The position numbers and the translations under genes are program-made. This document shows, piece after piece, positions 41,086 through 52,269 of a stretch of 64,000 nucleotides of DNA; position 1 is the stretch's first letter, and every line of letters starts with the position of its first letter. The notes beneath the pieces were generated by a model. The model made no database searches. It was not told the DNA's origin and worked only from the letters and a program-made list of their open reading frames with translations. Location: contig JAHHIM010000023.1 of NCBI GenBank assembly GCA_019358915.1, positions 12,317 through 76,316 on the forward strand, written 5' to 3'. This DNA is from Trichormus sp. ATA11-4-KO1 (lineage in GTDB: Bacteria > Cyanobacteriota > Cyanobacteriia > Cyanobacteriales > Nostocaceae).

Positions 41086-41805
41086 GTGCGCTTTGATATA
41101 GTTACACTTTTTCCTGACTGTTTTACCTCAGTTTTAAGTTCTGGGCTACTGGGTAAAGCCTTAGCTAAACAGATTGCCCAAGTGAATCTAGTTAATCCCA
41201 GAGATTTTACCACCGATAAGCACCATAAAGCTGATGATGAACCCTATGGCGGTGGAGTGGGGATGCTGATGAAGCCAGAACCGATCTTTACTGCTGTAGA
41301 ATCGCTGCCAATTTTACCCCGCAGAGAGATTATTTTAATGAGTCCGCAGGGTCAAGTAATGAATCAACCTCTGCTGCGAGAACTGGCCGCAAATTATGAC
41401 CAGCTAGTGGTAATCTGCGGCCATTATGAAGGAGTGGATGAGAGGGTGTTACATTTAGTTACTCGTGAGGTATCTTTAGGCGATTTTATTTTGACTGGTG
41501 GGGAAATCCCCTCAATGGCATTAATGAATGGCGTGATTAGGCTTTTACCAGGAACTGTGGGCAAAGTTGAATCTCTGAAGGCAGAAAGTTTCGAGGAAGG
41601 GTTGCTGGACTATCCCCAGTACACTCGCCCTGCCAATTTTCGCGGTTGGAAAGTGCCTGATGTTTTATTATCTGGGAATCATGCCGAAATTGCCCGATGG
41701 CGATATGAACAACAAATTCAAAGAACAGGCGATCGCCGCCCTGATTTGCTGGAAAAATGGCAACAGGAGAAGCAGGGGAGCAGGGGAGCAGAGGAGCAGG
41801 GGTGA
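41086..41805 (+). CDS. trmD: tRNA (guanine37-N1)-methyltransferase
   Basis: DDEPYGGGVGM, CGHYEGVDER, SLGDFILTGGE, YPQYTRP. Confidence 0.97.
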   Translation: MRFDIVTLFPDCFTSVLSSGLLGKALAKQIAQVNLVNPRDFTTDKHHKADDEPYGGGVGMLMKPEPIFTAVESLPILPRREIILMSPQGQVMNQPLLRELAANYDQLVVICGHYEGVDERVLHLVTREVSLGDFILTGGEIPSMALMNGVIRLLPGTVGKVESLKAESFEEGLLDYPQYTRPANFRGWKVPDVLLSGNHAEIARWRYEQQIQRTGDRRPDLLEKWQQEKQGSRGAEEQG

Positions 41806-41834
41806 AATTTTTTCTCAATAACTAATGATTAAAC

Positions 41835-42317
41835 ATGAATATTCGGATTGGTAACGGTTACGACATCCATCGATTGGTGAGCGATCGCCCTTTAATTTTA
41901 GGAGGCATCCAAATTTCTCACGAACTTGGTTTATTGGGACATAGTGACGCTGATGTGCTAACCCACGCCATTATGGATGCCATGTTGGGGGCATTATCCT
42001 TGGGGGATATTGGTCATTATTTTCCCCCCAGCGATCCTCAATGGGCAGGGGCAGATAGTTTGCTGCTATTAACTCAAGTACATCAGCTAATTCGAGATCA
42101 AGGCTGGCAGATAGGCAATATTGACTCGGTAGTAGTGGCAGAACGTCCAAAATTGAAACCGCATATTGAAAAGATGCGTGCTAAGTTAGCAACTGTTTTA
42201 CAATTACAACCAAATCAAATTGGGATCAAAGCTACCACCAACGAAAAATTAGGACCCGTTGGACGTGAAGAAGGTATATGTGCTCATGCTGTTGTCTTGC
42301 TCATAGCATCAAAGTAG
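41835..42317 (+). CDS. ispF: 2-C-methyl-D-erythritol 2,4-cyclodiphosphate synthase
   Basis: [25 protein letters not shown]. Confidence 0.97.
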   Translation: MNIRIGNGYDIHRLVSDRPLILGGIQISHELGLLGHSDADVLTHAIMDAMLGALSLGDIGHYFPPSDPQWAGADSLLLLTQVHQLIRDQGWQIGNIDSVVVAERPKLKPHIEKMRAKLATVLQLQPNQIGIKATTNEKLGPVGREEGICAHAVVLLIASK

Positions 42318-42424
42318 TTTGTCTTGGTTTTAACAGTGTAGCTATTTCATAATCCTGAGAATGAAATCAATAGTTTAAAAGTAATTTTTTGTTGAGTATA
42401 GTTCACTATTTGCGTCTGGAAATT

Positions 42425-44215
42425 ATGATATTTACTAGTAGTATCCTTCATGTAATTAAAAAGTTTTGGTTACCAGTAATTCTGGCTTCAGCTACAGCAA
42501 TTACAGTTGCAGGTTGTAACCCATCTAATTTTAAAAGCACAGATGCTCAGGTACCGCAATTAGTCAACAGCATTCTCAGTGATCCCCAAACCTTTAACTA
42601 TCCGCTCAATCAAGATGCATCAACATCAAGTCTGCTGGGATTGATGTTTGATGGCTTAACCAACCAAAACCCGATAACTGGTGAATTTGAACCAATATTA
42701 GCAGAATCATGGGAAATTACTGAAGACAAATTGGGGTTTGTTTTTACCATACGAGAGGGTTTGAAATGGTCTGATGGGCAGCCTTTAACAGTAGATGATG
42801 TTATTTTTACCTACAACGACGTTTACCTGAATCAAGACATTCCCACAGACGCTAGAGACGTTTTGCGGATTGGTGAAAGTCGAGCATTACCGAAGGTACG
42901 AAAAATTGATGCTCGACGGGTTGAATTCAGGACTCCAGAACCATTTGCACCATTTTTGGGAGTTTTGGGACTACCAATTTTACCTGCTCATGCTTTAGAA
43001 AAATTTGTCAAAACCAAAGACCAAGAAGGTAAGCCAGTATTTCTGTCAAAATGGGGTGTTGATACTCCACCTGACCAAATCATCGTTAATGGCCTTTACA
43101 AACTAGAGCGTTATGACACAAGTCAACGTATAATCCTTCAACGTAATCCTTACTATTGGCGTAAAGGGCCACAAGGAGAATCTCAACCTTATATTGAAAG
43201 GATTGTATGGCCAATTGTCGAATCAACAGATACTTCCTTGCTGCAATTTCGTTCTGGCGGTTTAGATTCTGTAGCAGTGACACCAGAATATTTTTCTTTG
43301 TTAAAAAAGCAAGAAAAACAGGGTAATTTCACAATTTATAACGGCGGGCCAGCTACTGGGACGACGTTTGTTTTGTTTAATCTCAACAAAGGGAGAAGAG
43401 ATGGCAAACCGCTAGTAGATCCAGTAAAGTCACGTTGGTTCAATACAGTTGAATTTCGCCAGGCGGTAGCTTATGCTATTGACCGCCAAACGATGATTAA
43501 TAATACTTTCCGTGGCTTGGGACAAACTCAAAATTCACCAATCACCGTCCAAAGTCCTTATTACATGTCGCCGGAAGAAGGACTAAAAACCTACGATTAT
43601 AATCCAGAAAAAGCTAAAGAACTGCTACAAAAAGCTGGATTTAAATATAACGCCCAAGGTCAACTATTAGATGCCCAAGATAACCGCGTTCGCTTTACTT
43701 TGTTGACAAATGCGGGAAATAGAATCCGCGAAGCAATGGGAGCGCAAATTGCCCAAGATTTAGGCAAAATGGGGATGCAGGTCGATTTTACTCCAATCGC
43801 ATGGAATACTTTTACAGATAAGCTGGCGAATACACTCGACTGGGATGCTTCTTTACTAGGATTTACTGGTGGTTTAGAACCGAATAGTGGAGCTAACGTC
43901 TGGAATCCTGAAGGTGGATTACATATGTTTAATCAAAAACCCCAAGCCGGACAAAAGCCCATTGAAGGTTGGGAAGTAGCGCCTTGGGAAGCAAGAATTG
44001 GTGAGCTTTACATTCAAGCCGCCAGGGAATTAGACGAAGCCAAGCGAAAAGCAATTTATGCCCAAACCCAAAAAATTACCCAAGAAAATTTACCATTGAT
44101 TTACCTGGTTAATCCTTATTCACTATCAGCAGTGCGGAATAAATTTGCAGGAATTCAATTCTCAGCCTTGGGTGGCGCATTCTGGAATATTCATGAAATC
44201 AAAATTGTTAATTAA
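42425..44215 (+). CDS. ABC transporter substrate-binding lipoprotein (peptide/nickel family 5)
   Basis: Lipobox VAGC; DPQTFN; LKWSDGQPLTVDDV; FRQAVAYAIDR. Confidence 0.92.
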   Translation: MIFTSSILHVIKKFWLPVILASATAITVAGCNPSNFKSTDAQVPQLVNSILSDPQTFNYPLNQDASTSSLLGLMFDGLTNQNPITGEFEPILAESWEITEDKLGFVFTIREGLKWSDGQPLTVDDVIFTYNDVYLNQDIPTDARDVLRIGESRALPKVRKIDARRVEFRTPEPFAPFLGVLGLPILPAHALEKFVKTKDQEGKPVFLSKWGVDTPPDQIIVNGLYKLERYDTSQRIILQRNPYYWRKGPQGESQPYIERIVWPIVESTDTSLLQFRSGGLDSVAVTPEYFSLLKKQEKQGNFTIYNGGPATGTTFVLFNLNKGRRDGKPLVDPVKSRWFNTVEFRQAVAYAIDRQTMINNTFRGLGQTQNSPITVQSPYYMSPEEGLKTYDYNPEKAKELLQKAGFKYNAQGQLLDAQDNRVRFTLLTNAGNRIREAMGAQIAQDLGKMGMQVDFTPIAWNTFTDKLANTLDWDASLLGFTGGLEPNSGANVWNPEGGLHMFNQKPQAGQKPIEGWEVAPWEARIGELYIQAARELDEAKRKAIYAQTQKITQENLPLIYLVNPYSLSAVRNKFAGIQFSALGGAFWNIHEIKIVN

Positions 44216-44305
44216 GGGGAGTAGGGAGTAGGAAGTATTTTTGTTCTTGCCCCCTTGTCCCCTTGTCCCCTTGTCCCCCCATCCCCCACTCCCTATTAAA
44301 CTACC

Positions 44306-45094
44306 GTGACTCAACCTGAAGCCTTGCGATCGCTCCTCCAATCGGTTGCCAATGGTAAAGTTACCCCAGAGATGGCATTAGAATCACTCAAAGATTTAGC
44401 CTATGAACCTGTGGGTGAGTTTGCTAAAATTGACCATCATCGCCAGCTAAGAACTGGTTTTCCAGAGGTAATTTGGGGGCCAGGTAAGACTCCCGAACAA
44501 ATTGCCCAAATTATGCAGGTAATGCGCCTCCGTAACCCGGTGGTAATGGCAACCCGGATTGAACCAAGCGTTTATACAGCACTGCAACCACAAGTTAGTG
44601 ATTTGCATTACTACGAATTGGCGCGAATTTGTGCTATTGCTCCCCCTAATGTCGAACCCCAATTTGCAGGATTAATCGGTATTCTCTCTGCTGGTACTGC
44701 TGATTTACCTGTAGCTGAAGAAGCGGCCATTACGGCAGAACTTTCTGGTTTTCGTGTCCAGCGTCTTTGGGATGTTGGCGTTGCCGGAATTCACCGCTTG
44801 CTTAGTAATCGCCACCTCATCGAATCATCATCAGTATTAATTGTTGTGGCGGGGATGGAAGGCGCTTTGCCTAGTGTTGTAGCAGGTTTGGCAAGTTGTC
44901 CTGTGATTGCTGTTCCTACTAGCGTGGGTTATGGAGCGAGTTTTGGCGGGTTAGCGCCCCTATTGACAATGCTCAATTCCTGTGCTGCTGGTGTGGGGGT
45001 AGTAAATATTGATAATGGTTTTGGTGCTGCTGTTCTAGCAGGGCAAATTTTGCGAACAGCCGAGAAATTGCGGTTGGCATCGTCTGCATCTTGA
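44306..45094 (+). CDS. larB: LarB/CpmA-like PurE-related protein
   Basis: RTGFPEVIWGPGK, AGTADLPVAEEA, AGMEGALPSV, VVNIDNGFGA. Confidence 0.9.
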   Translation: MTQPEALRSLLQSVANGKVTPEMALESLKDLAYEPVGEFAKIDHHRQLRTGFPEVIWGPGKTPEQIAQIMQVMRLRNPVVMATRIEPSVYTALQPQVSDLHYYELARICAIAPPNVEPQFAGLIGILSAGTADLPVAEEAAITAELSGFRVQRLWDVGVAGIHRLLSNRHLIESSSVLIVVAGMEGALPSVVAGLASCPVIAVPTSVGYGASFGGLAPLLTMLNSCAAGVGVVNIDNGFGAAVLAGQILRTAEKLRLASSAS

Positions 45095-45206
45095 GTTATG
45101 ACAGTTAAGTTATACGTAAGATTTCCGTATGTGGTCAGTGTGTAGTAGTGAAAAACACATATCTGTCCACTGTTAATTACAACCCATAACTCATGAATTA
45201 CCAAGT

Positions 45207-45413
45207 ATGAACTACTTTAGTGATGTGATATCTCAGTTACTTTGGCATGTACCTGTAAATCTGACGATGCTAGCTCAACACATTACCGATCCAGACCTGA
45301 TGGGTCAGATCCAGCAAAGTTGGAACAACTTTGTACAAACAGGTCAAGTGTGGGCGCTATTGATTGGATTGATAGTTGGTTATATCCTGCGGAATCTCAC
45401 AAGTTACGGTTGA
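45207..45413 (+). CDS. Small conserved membrane protein
   Basis: WNNFVQTGQVWALLIGLIVGY single TM. Confidence 0.7.
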   Translation: MNYFSDVISQLLWHVPVNLTMLAQHITDPDLMGQIQQSWNNFVQTGQVWALLIGLIVGYILRNLTSYG

Positions 45414-45454
45414 TACGAGTGGGGAGTGGAAGGCGACAAGGGGACAAGGGGACA

Positions 45455-45657
45455 CTCATATCTTGCACTCCTGCACTGGAAGTCGCGGCTACACAGGCCA
45501 AACCCGCACTTCGACAAGCTCAGTAACCACCTACGCGGGTTAAAACCCTTGATTTTCCGTGAGTCCGCGCAGGCGGACTTAGTTTGTATAGCCGCGTACA
45601 GCCTAGCGGCATCCGGAGGCTCTTTTCTAATCGCCAGGGCTAGGTGCAAGATGTCAG
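45455..45657. mobile_element. MITE with 14-bp imperfect TIRs and 4-bp target duplication
   Basis: ctcatatcttgcac ... gtgcaagatgtcag flanked by GACA on both sides; inserted into a GGGACAA array. Confidence 0.75.
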
Positions 45658-45744
45658 GACAAGGGAAAGGAAGAGTGATAAATTCTTCTTGTGTCTTCCA
45701 ATTCCCAATGCCCAATTCTCCATTCCCTACTCCCCTAATCATCT

Positions 45745-47130
45745 ATGACTAAAGAACAAACTTGGAGTCAACGGTTTGAATCAGCGTTGCATCCAGCGAT
45801 CGCTCGTTTTAATGCCAGTATAGGTTTTGATATTGAATTAATAGAATACGATCTCACTGGTTCTCAAGCTCATGCCAAAATGTTGGCTCACACGGGTATT
45901 ATTTCCCCAGCAGAAGGAGAACAACTGGTTGCGGGTTTAGAGCAAATTCGTCAAGAATACCGCCAAGGAAAATTTCAGCCTGGGATCGATGCTGAGGATG
46001 TACATTTTGCTGTGGAACGGCGATTGACGGAAATTGTGGGTGATGTGGGTAAAAAGCTGCACACGGCGCGATCGCGTAATGACCAAGTTGGCACTGATAC
46101 TAGACTTTATCTGCGTGACCAAATCCAACAAATCCGCAGCCAGTTACGGGAGTTTCAACGTGTCTTACTAGATATCGCGGAACAGCATGTTGAAACCTTG
46201 ATTCCTGGCTATACTCACCTGCAACGCGCCCAACCTCTGAGTTTAGCTCATCACCTCCTGGCATACTTTCAAATGACACAACGCGATGGGGAACGCCTGG
46301 GGGATGTGTATCGCCGGGTGAATATTTCACCTCTGGGGTGTGGTGCATTGGCGGGAACAACTTTCCCCATTGACCGCCATTACACAGCCGAACTCTTGAA
46401 TTTTGATCGCGTTTATGAGAATAGCTTAGATGGAGTTAGCGATCGCGACTTTGCGATCGAATTTCTTTGTGCTGCTAGCTTAATCATGGTTCACCTCAGC
46501 CGTCTTTCAGAAGAAATCATTCTTTGGTCATCAGAAGAATTTCGCTTTATCACCCTCAAAGATAGCTGTGCTACTGGTTCCAGTATTATGCCCCAAAAGA
46601 AAAACCCCGATGTCCCAGAATTGGTACGGGGAAAAACAGGGCGTGTCTTTGGTCATCTCCAGGCCATGCTGGTAATCATGAAGGGCTTACCCTTGGCGTA
46701 TAACAAAGACCTACAAGAAGATAAAGAAGGTTTGTTTGACAGTGTTAATACAGTCAAAGCCTCTCTAGAAGCAATGACAATTTTGCTAAGAGAAGGTTTA
46801 GAATTTCGTACCCAACGTTTGACAGCAGCCGTGACAGAAGATTTCTCCAATGCTACCGATGTCGCAGATTATCTAGCGGCGCGGGGTGTACCCTTCCGAG
46901 AAGCCTATAACCTCGTGGGAAAAGTCGTAAAAACCAGTATCGCCGCAGGTAAACTCTTAAAAGATTTGACCTTGGAAGAGTGGCAACAAATACATCCAGC
47001 ATTTGCCACAGATATTTATGAGGCAATATCTCCCCGTCAAGTTGTAGCCGCCCGCAACAGTTACGGTGGCACAGGTTTTGTACAGGTAAATCAAGCGCTT
47101 GTTACAGCCCGCGCTCAAATTGTTGAATAG
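45745..47130 (+). CDS. argH: Argininosuccinate lyase
   Basis: [32 protein letters not shown]. Confidence 0.98.
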   Translation: MTKEQTWSQRFESALHPAIARFNASIGFDIELIEYDLTGSQAHAKMLAHTGIISPAEGEQLVAGLEQIRQEYRQGKFQPGIDAEDVHFAVERRLTEIVGDVGKKLHTARSRNDQVGTDTRLYLRDQIQQIRSQLREFQRVLLDIAEQHVETLIPGYTHLQRAQPLSLAHHLLAYFQMTQRDGERLGDVYRRVNISPLGCGALAGTTFPIDRHYTAELLNFDRVYENSLDGVSDRDFAIEFLCAASLIMVHLSRLSEEIILWSSEEFRFITLKDSCATGSSIMPQKKNPDVPELVRGKTGRVFGHLQAMLVIMKGLPLAYNKDLQEDKEGLFDSVNTVKASLEAMTILLREGLEFRTQRLTAAVTEDFSNATDVADYLAARGVPFREAYNLVGKVVKTSIAAGKLLKDLTLEEWQQIHPAFATDIYEAISPRQVVAARNSYGGTGFVQVNQALVTARAQIVE

Positions 47131-47284
47131 GGGAGTAGGGGAGTGAGGGAGTGAGGGAGAATTATAGAAGCAATTTCACCCCATTGCCAATGCCCAATGC
47201 CCCATACCTAATAACAAATAAGGGCGTACAAGTGTACGCCCAAAAAACTATGAAACTCAAATAACAAGGATTTAAGTAGGCAGC

Positions 47285-47449
47285 TTATTCAGTATCAGCT
47301 GCTGCTGTCCCCTCTTCTTCCTCACTCTTCGGCGGTCTCTGTTGGAACCTTCTCTGCATTCTTCCTGTCGTAGTTCGTTTACGAAACTTTCTGGCATACG
47401 CCTGGTTCCGTAGCGCCTTTTCTTTTTTCGGGTTACGGCGCTTGGCCAT
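47285..47449 (-). CDS. 54-aa highly basic small protein (not in ORF track)
   Basis: MAKRRNPKKEKALRNQAYARKFRKRTTTGRMQRRFQQRPPKSEEEEGTAAADTE; GAGGTG Shine-Dalgarno upstream. Confidence 0.85.
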   Translation of the reverse strand: MAKRRNPKKEKALRNQAYARKFRKRTTTGRMQRRFQQRPPKSEEEEGTAAADTE

Positions 47450-48162
47450 GTTCACCTCATTTAATAAACAACAAAAAAGTGCAACTAGGCATCACGTAGG
47501 CAATATCAGCTACTGATGTTATTGATATACTTTTGGCCTAGCTTAATAACTTCGTCTACTTTTAACAGTATACTAGTCTAACGTATTCAATTTATTTATG
47601 TCAAGACTAACAAGCAGTCAAATCCTTGAAATAGCAATCCGAAATTAGTCCTTGTGCAAATATTGCGCCTATCAAGCAACACTCAATTGTTATCCTAGTA
47701 AGTCTGCACTATTGACTATAGATGAATCTCACGCGATCAGCGTAACTTAGTTCAGGTATACATCGTTGTTTAGTAACAATTCATTTTGATGACAAACTTG
47801 GGCAAATTTAATATTAATAATTACATTCTTGAAAGCTATTTAAATATACGTAATAATCAGTTTATATATTTTATAATTTTGTATTTAAAACCTAATATCG
47901 ACCTCTGCTTGCAGTCCTAATCATAGTAATTTCAATTTGAACATGCAAATTAACTCTAGCTAATCTTTGTATAGATAAATACAAATAATCTCAAAATTTG
48001 TCGGGAAACAAATGGAAAGATTGATATACTATACAAAAGTCGTTAGAATAAAATCCCAAACCACAAGCATATTTGTGTAACACAAAAATCAACTATCATA
48101 AGGTTGATTTTATGTAAGTGGAAGGAAGTTAGAGAACATAACACATAATATATATTTTAAGT

Positions 48163-48657
48163 TTGAACGTTCTTGCTTTTTTTACGACACCTGTTCAGTC
48201 CATGCGTAACTTATGGCGTGTTGGTCAAACAGTACTGGGTATTATTTTCCGTCATCCCATTACTGGCACTAGTATCATTCCAATATTACCCGATGGTCGA
48301 ATTGTGCTGATCCGGCGGCGCGACGATGGCTGCTGGGCATTACCTGGAGGCATGGTGGACTGGGGAGAGGATATTCCGCAGACAGTCCACCGAGAGTTGA
48401 TAGAAGAAACTGGACTGGAGTTAGTAAAAATTACACGCTTGGTAGGAGTTTATTCCTCACCTGACCGCGACCCTAGAATCCATTCAATTTGTGTGGTGGT
48501 GGAAGCAGAAGTGCGAGGGACAATGGAAATTCAAGACAGGATGGAAGTGATGGAAATCCAAGCTTTTCCTCCCAATTCTCTACCTCCAGGAAAAATGTCT
48601 CATGACCATACTCGGCAGTTACAGGACTACTTAAATGGGTTGACAACATTGGCATAA
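48163..48657 (+). CDS. Nudix hydrolase
   Basis: LPGGMVDWGE...RELIEETGL; RDPRIH; start may be ATG 48202. Confidence 0.9.
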   Translation: MNVLAFFTTPVQSMRNLWRVGQTVLGIIFRHPITGTSIIPILPDGRIVLIRRRDDGCWALPGGMVDWGEDIPQTVHRELIEETGLELVKITRLVGVYSSPDRDPRIHSICVVVEAEVRGTMEIQDRMEVMEIQAFPPNSLPPGKMSHDHTRQLQDYLNGLTTLA

Positions 48658-48737
48658 AACTATTTTGGATTTTAGATTTAAGCTAAAATATCTTATTTAA
48701 AATCTCAAGTTTGCTAAAAGTTCACAGTTAAATTCAG

Positions 48738-49553
48738 ATGAATACTCTAATCCGTAACTCCCGGAGAAAACTCTCTCAAGGGCGATTATTTTGGCGTGAA
48801 GCTGGAGAAGGCACTCCGATAATTTTATTGCATGGTGCTTGGAATGATAGCAGTCAATGGGTATCGGTGATAGAGTCCCTATCTCAAAATTTCCATTGCT
48901 TGGCACCAGATTTATTAGGGTTTGGTGAGTCAGAAAATCCTAGAGTGCATCACTCAATTGATTTCCAGGTGGAGTGTATTGCTGAATTTCTGCAAGCTGT
49001 GAGGCTCGAAAAAGTATATTTAGTGGGATATTCTCTTGGTGGTTGGATTGCTGCTAGTTATGCTTTGAAATATCCAGAACAAGTGAATGGTTTAGTACTA
49101 CTAACGCCAGAGGGTGTAGCGATTGAAGGCCAAGAAAAACATTGGCAAAAAATGCGAAAATTACTAAATCGTCCATCGCTAGTATTTAAACTATTAAAAA
49201 TGTTTCATCCTTTAACTAAAATCCTAGGATTGCAAGAAAAAATTGCCAAAGATTTTAGTCTGCGTCAGATGTTGCTGCAATATCCTGTTGCCTGTCAGTT
49301 ACTATTTCAAAGGCGGCGGTCAGAAATTGACGCAGAATTACTGCACAACCGATTGTACTTGATGGAAGTTCCAGGTTTAATTTTGCAAGGTGGTCTAGAT
49401 TTACTAGATGCCGTAGTCAGAAGTCAAACTTATACTGAACTTATTCCTAAAGTCGAGTTAAAAATAATTGCTCACGCAGGAAACGATTTACCTGAATCTT
49501 GTCCTGGAGTTATAGCAGAAAATATTCGAGATTTCATTAAAAAGAATGGGTGA
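48738..49553 (+). CDS. Alpha/beta hydrolase
   Basis: LLHG, PDLLGFGES, GYSLGG. Confidence 0.9.
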   Translation: MNTLIRNSRRKLSQGRLFWREAGEGTPIILLHGAWNDSSQWVSVIESLSQNFHCLAPDLLGFGESENPRVHHSIDFQVECIAEFLQAVRLEKVYLVGYSLGGWIAASYALKYPEQVNGLVLLTPEGVAIEGQEKHWQKMRKLLNRPSLVFKLLKMFHPLTKILGLQEKIAKDFSLRQMLLQYPVACQLLFQRRRSEIDAELLHNRLYLMEVPGLILQGGLDLLDAVVRSQTYTELIPKVELKIIAHAGNDLPESCPGVIAENIRDFIKKNG

Positions 49554-49574
49554 TGAGAAGCAGATAAATTTCTC

Positions 49575-50363
49575 TTACCTGTTACTCATGAATATTTCCC
49601 GCATTCCCCAAAAAGTTAAATTTGGTTCCACGATTAAACTGGCGGCAATTTCCGGAAACTGGGCTTGAAGATAGTTAATTAATAACAGGCGATCGCCTCC
49701 TTTAATGGCAATTTTTCCTTGAGGAAATAACTGCCACCATGCCGCAATAAAATCTTTTATTCCTGCTACTAAAGTGTAAATAATTCCACTTTGAATTGCC
49801 TCTGGTGTATTCAGTGCAAAGCGCCGAGGTAAAGTAATAATTTCTGTTTCCAACTGTGGTAATTGTCCTGTTTTTTGACCTAAAGTTGTAAATTGCAAAC
49901 CTAATCCCGGCAGAATTGCTCCCCCAATTAAACATTGTTCAGCATCTGCACCTGTAAACGTTAATGCTGTACCAGCATCAATAACTAACATGGGAAAACC
50001 CCAAGTTTTGCCAGCACCAAACAAAGCTAAAGCGCGGTCAATTCCCAATGTGGGATACATACTTAATAGGGGTACTTGGTCTAAGGTAATAATTTGCACG
50101 TGAGGATAGGTTTGCCAAAGTGCGGTTTGACTAGGAACGACGGAGGATAAAAGGAGAGGGGGGGATGGGGGGATAGGGAGATGGGGGGGAAATTTTTCTG
50201 GAGGTAAATCATTCAGAGTTTGACATTGAGCAAGTTGCTGTATAACAGACTCAGGTAAATGCTCAGTATCCCAAGTGTAGTTAAGAATTTCGCCTGTAAA
50301 TAAAGCCCAATGCAACCGGGAATTGCCAATCTCTAACGCCAACCAAAGTCTCTGTGGTTTCAC
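49575..50363 (-). CDS. coaX: Type III pantothenate kinase
   Basis: [29 protein letters not shown]. Confidence 0.92.
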   Translation of the reverse strand: MKPQRLWLALEIGNSRLHWALFTGEILNYTWDTEHLPESVIQQLAQCQTLNDLPPEKFPPHLPIPPSPPLLLSSVVPSQTALWQTYPHVQIITLDQVPLLSMYPTLGIDRALALFGAGKTWGFPMLVIDAGTALTFTGADAEQCLIGGAILPGLGLQFTTLGQKTGQLPQLETEIITLPRRFALNTPEAIQSGIIYTLVAGIKDFIAAWWQLFPQGKIAIKGGDRLLLINYLQAQFPEIAASLIVEPNLTFWGMREIFMSNR

Positions 50364-50473
50364 ACTTTTAACTTTTTTAAGTCACTCATAGGTTTTTTAA
50401 TAAAACTTAACAATCAAGGCGTGTCACAATAAAACAGAGGAAAAAATACTCATTTTGTTTAAGGAGGGGAGTT

Positions 50474-52198
50474 ATGGTAGCGCTCACCGAAAGAACTGAA
50501 AAACGGCTCACCATAGAGACTGTGGAAATTGCTCAAGAAACTATGGCAATACGATCTCTAGACTGGGATCGCGATCGCTTTGATATTGAGTTTGGTCTGC
50601 AAAACGGTACCACCTATAACTCCTTTCTGATTCGCGGTGAACAAACTGCCTTAGTTGACACCTCCCACGAAAAATTCCGCAAATTATATTTTGATACCCT
50701 CACCGGATTAATCAATCCCCCAGAAATTGATTATCTAATTATCAGCCACACCGAGCCAGACCATAGCGGCTTAGTTAAAGATTTGCTGCAAATGGCTCCA
50801 GATATCACAGTTGTGGGTTCTAAAGTCGCAATTCAGTTTCTGGAAAATTTCGTTCATCAGCCATTTAAACGGCAAATTGTCAAAAACGGCGATCGCTTAG
50901 ATTTAGGCAACGGTCACGAATTTGAATTTGTCATTGCTCCTAATTTACACTGGCCTGACACCATTTTCAGCTTCGACCACAAAACCAAAATTCTTTACAC
51001 CTGTGATGCTTTTGGACTGCATTATTGTTCAGATAGCACCTTCGACGAAGACTTAGCAGCTATTGAAGCGGATTTTCAATATTATTATGACTGCTTAATG
51101 GGGCCAAATGCGCGTTCAGTACTGTCTGCCCTCAAGCGCATGGGGGAACTGAAAACCATCGAGATGATTGCCACTGGTCACGGCCCCTTATTATCCCACA
51201 ATGTCGAGGAACTAACAGGACGTTACCGCACTTGGAGCCAGACCCAAACCAAAGCCGAAAACGCCGTAGGCATATTTTACGTTTCCGAATATGGCTATAG
51301 CGATCGCCTAGCTCAAGCAATTGCCAATGGTATCAGCAAAACTGGCGTGGCTGTGGAAATAGTGGATTTAGGATCAGGAGTTGATTTACAAGAACTGCGA
51401 GAACTAGTTAGCCGTTGTACGGGAATTGTCGTAGGTACGCCTCCTGTGGGTGCTACCGCGACTACCCAAGCTGCTCTCAGCACTGTTTTAGGATCTGCCA
51501 AAGAAAAACAAGCCATAGGCATATTTGAAACAGGCGGTGGAGATGATGAACCGATAGATCCTTTATTGAGTAAATTCCGAAATTTGGGTTTAGTAACAGC
51601 TTTCCCAGCGATTCGGATTAAACAAACGCCCACAGAAAACACCTACAAATTGTGTGAAGAAGCGGGTACAGACTTGGGACAATGGGTGACACGCGATCGC
51701 AGCATCAAAGCCATGAAGTCCCTGGGTGCAGACCTCGACAAAGCCCTAGGCAGAATCAGTGGCGGCTTGTATATCATCACTGCCAAAAAAGGCGATGTAT
51801 CCAGTGCCATGCTAGCCTCCTGGGTGAGTCAAGCCAGCTTCAAACCCCTAGGATTTTCCATTGCCGTAGCCAAAGATAGAGCAATTGAATCACTGATGCA
51901 AGTAGGCGATCGCTTTGTCCTCAACGTTTTAGAAGAAGGCAATTACCAAAAACTTATGAGACACTTTCTCAAACGGTTTGCCCCTGGTGCTGATCGTTTT
52001 GAAGGTGTAAGAACCCAACCAGCCGAAAACGATGCTCCCATCCTCACCGATGCCTTAGCATACATGGAATGCGAAGTAATTAGTCGGATGGACTGTGGCG
52101 ACCACTGGGCAGTATATAGCACCGTTTACGAAGGACGAGTTTCTAAACCAGAAGCACTCACAGCCGTCCACCATCGTAAAGTCGGCAACCATTACTAA
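50474..52198 (+). CDS. flv3: Flavodiiron protein, Flv3 type
   Basis: FGLQNGTTYNS, canonical HTEPDH ligands, flavodoxin and flavin reductase domains. Confidence 0.9.
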   Translation: MVALTERTEKRLTIETVEIAQETMAIRSLDWDRDRFDIEFGLQNGTTYNSFLIRGEQTALVDTSHEKFRKLYFDTLTGLINPPEIDYLIISHTEPDHSGLVKDLLQMAPDITVVGSKVAIQFLENFVHQPFKRQIVKNGDRLDLGNGHEFEFVIAPNLHWPDTIFSFDHKTKILYTCDAFGLHYCSDSTFDEDLAAIEADFQYYYDCLMGPNARSVLSALKRMGELKTIEMIATGHGPLLSHNVEELTGRYRTWSQTQTKAENAVGIFYVSEYGYSDRLAQAIANGISKTGVAVEIVDLGSGVDLQELRELVSRCTGIVVGTPPVGATATTQAALSTVLGSAKEKQAIGIFETGGGDDEPIDPLLSKFRNLGLVTAFPAIRIKQTPTENTYKLCEEAGTDLGQWVTRDRSIKAMKSLGADLDKALGRISGGLYIITAKKGDVSSAMLASWVSQASFKPLGFSIAVAKDRAIESLMQVGDRFVLNVLEEGNYQKLMRHFLKRFAPGADRFEGVRTQPAENDAPILTDALAYMECEVISRMDCGDHWAVYSTVYEGRVSKPEALTAVHHRKVGNHY

Positions 52199-52269
52199 AA
52201 ATCCCTTTCCGTGTCTTCTTTGTGTCTTCGTGTTTTAACCACAAAGACACAAAGCCACTAAGGTAAAAA

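Noticed and set aside
45242..45752. Three overlapping ORFs before argH
   Set aside because: Derived from MITE and STRR sequence.
20754..47130. carB, cphBA and argH as an arginine/cyanophycin supercluster
   Set aside because: Separated by many unrelated core genes; looks like ordinary Nostocales gene order.
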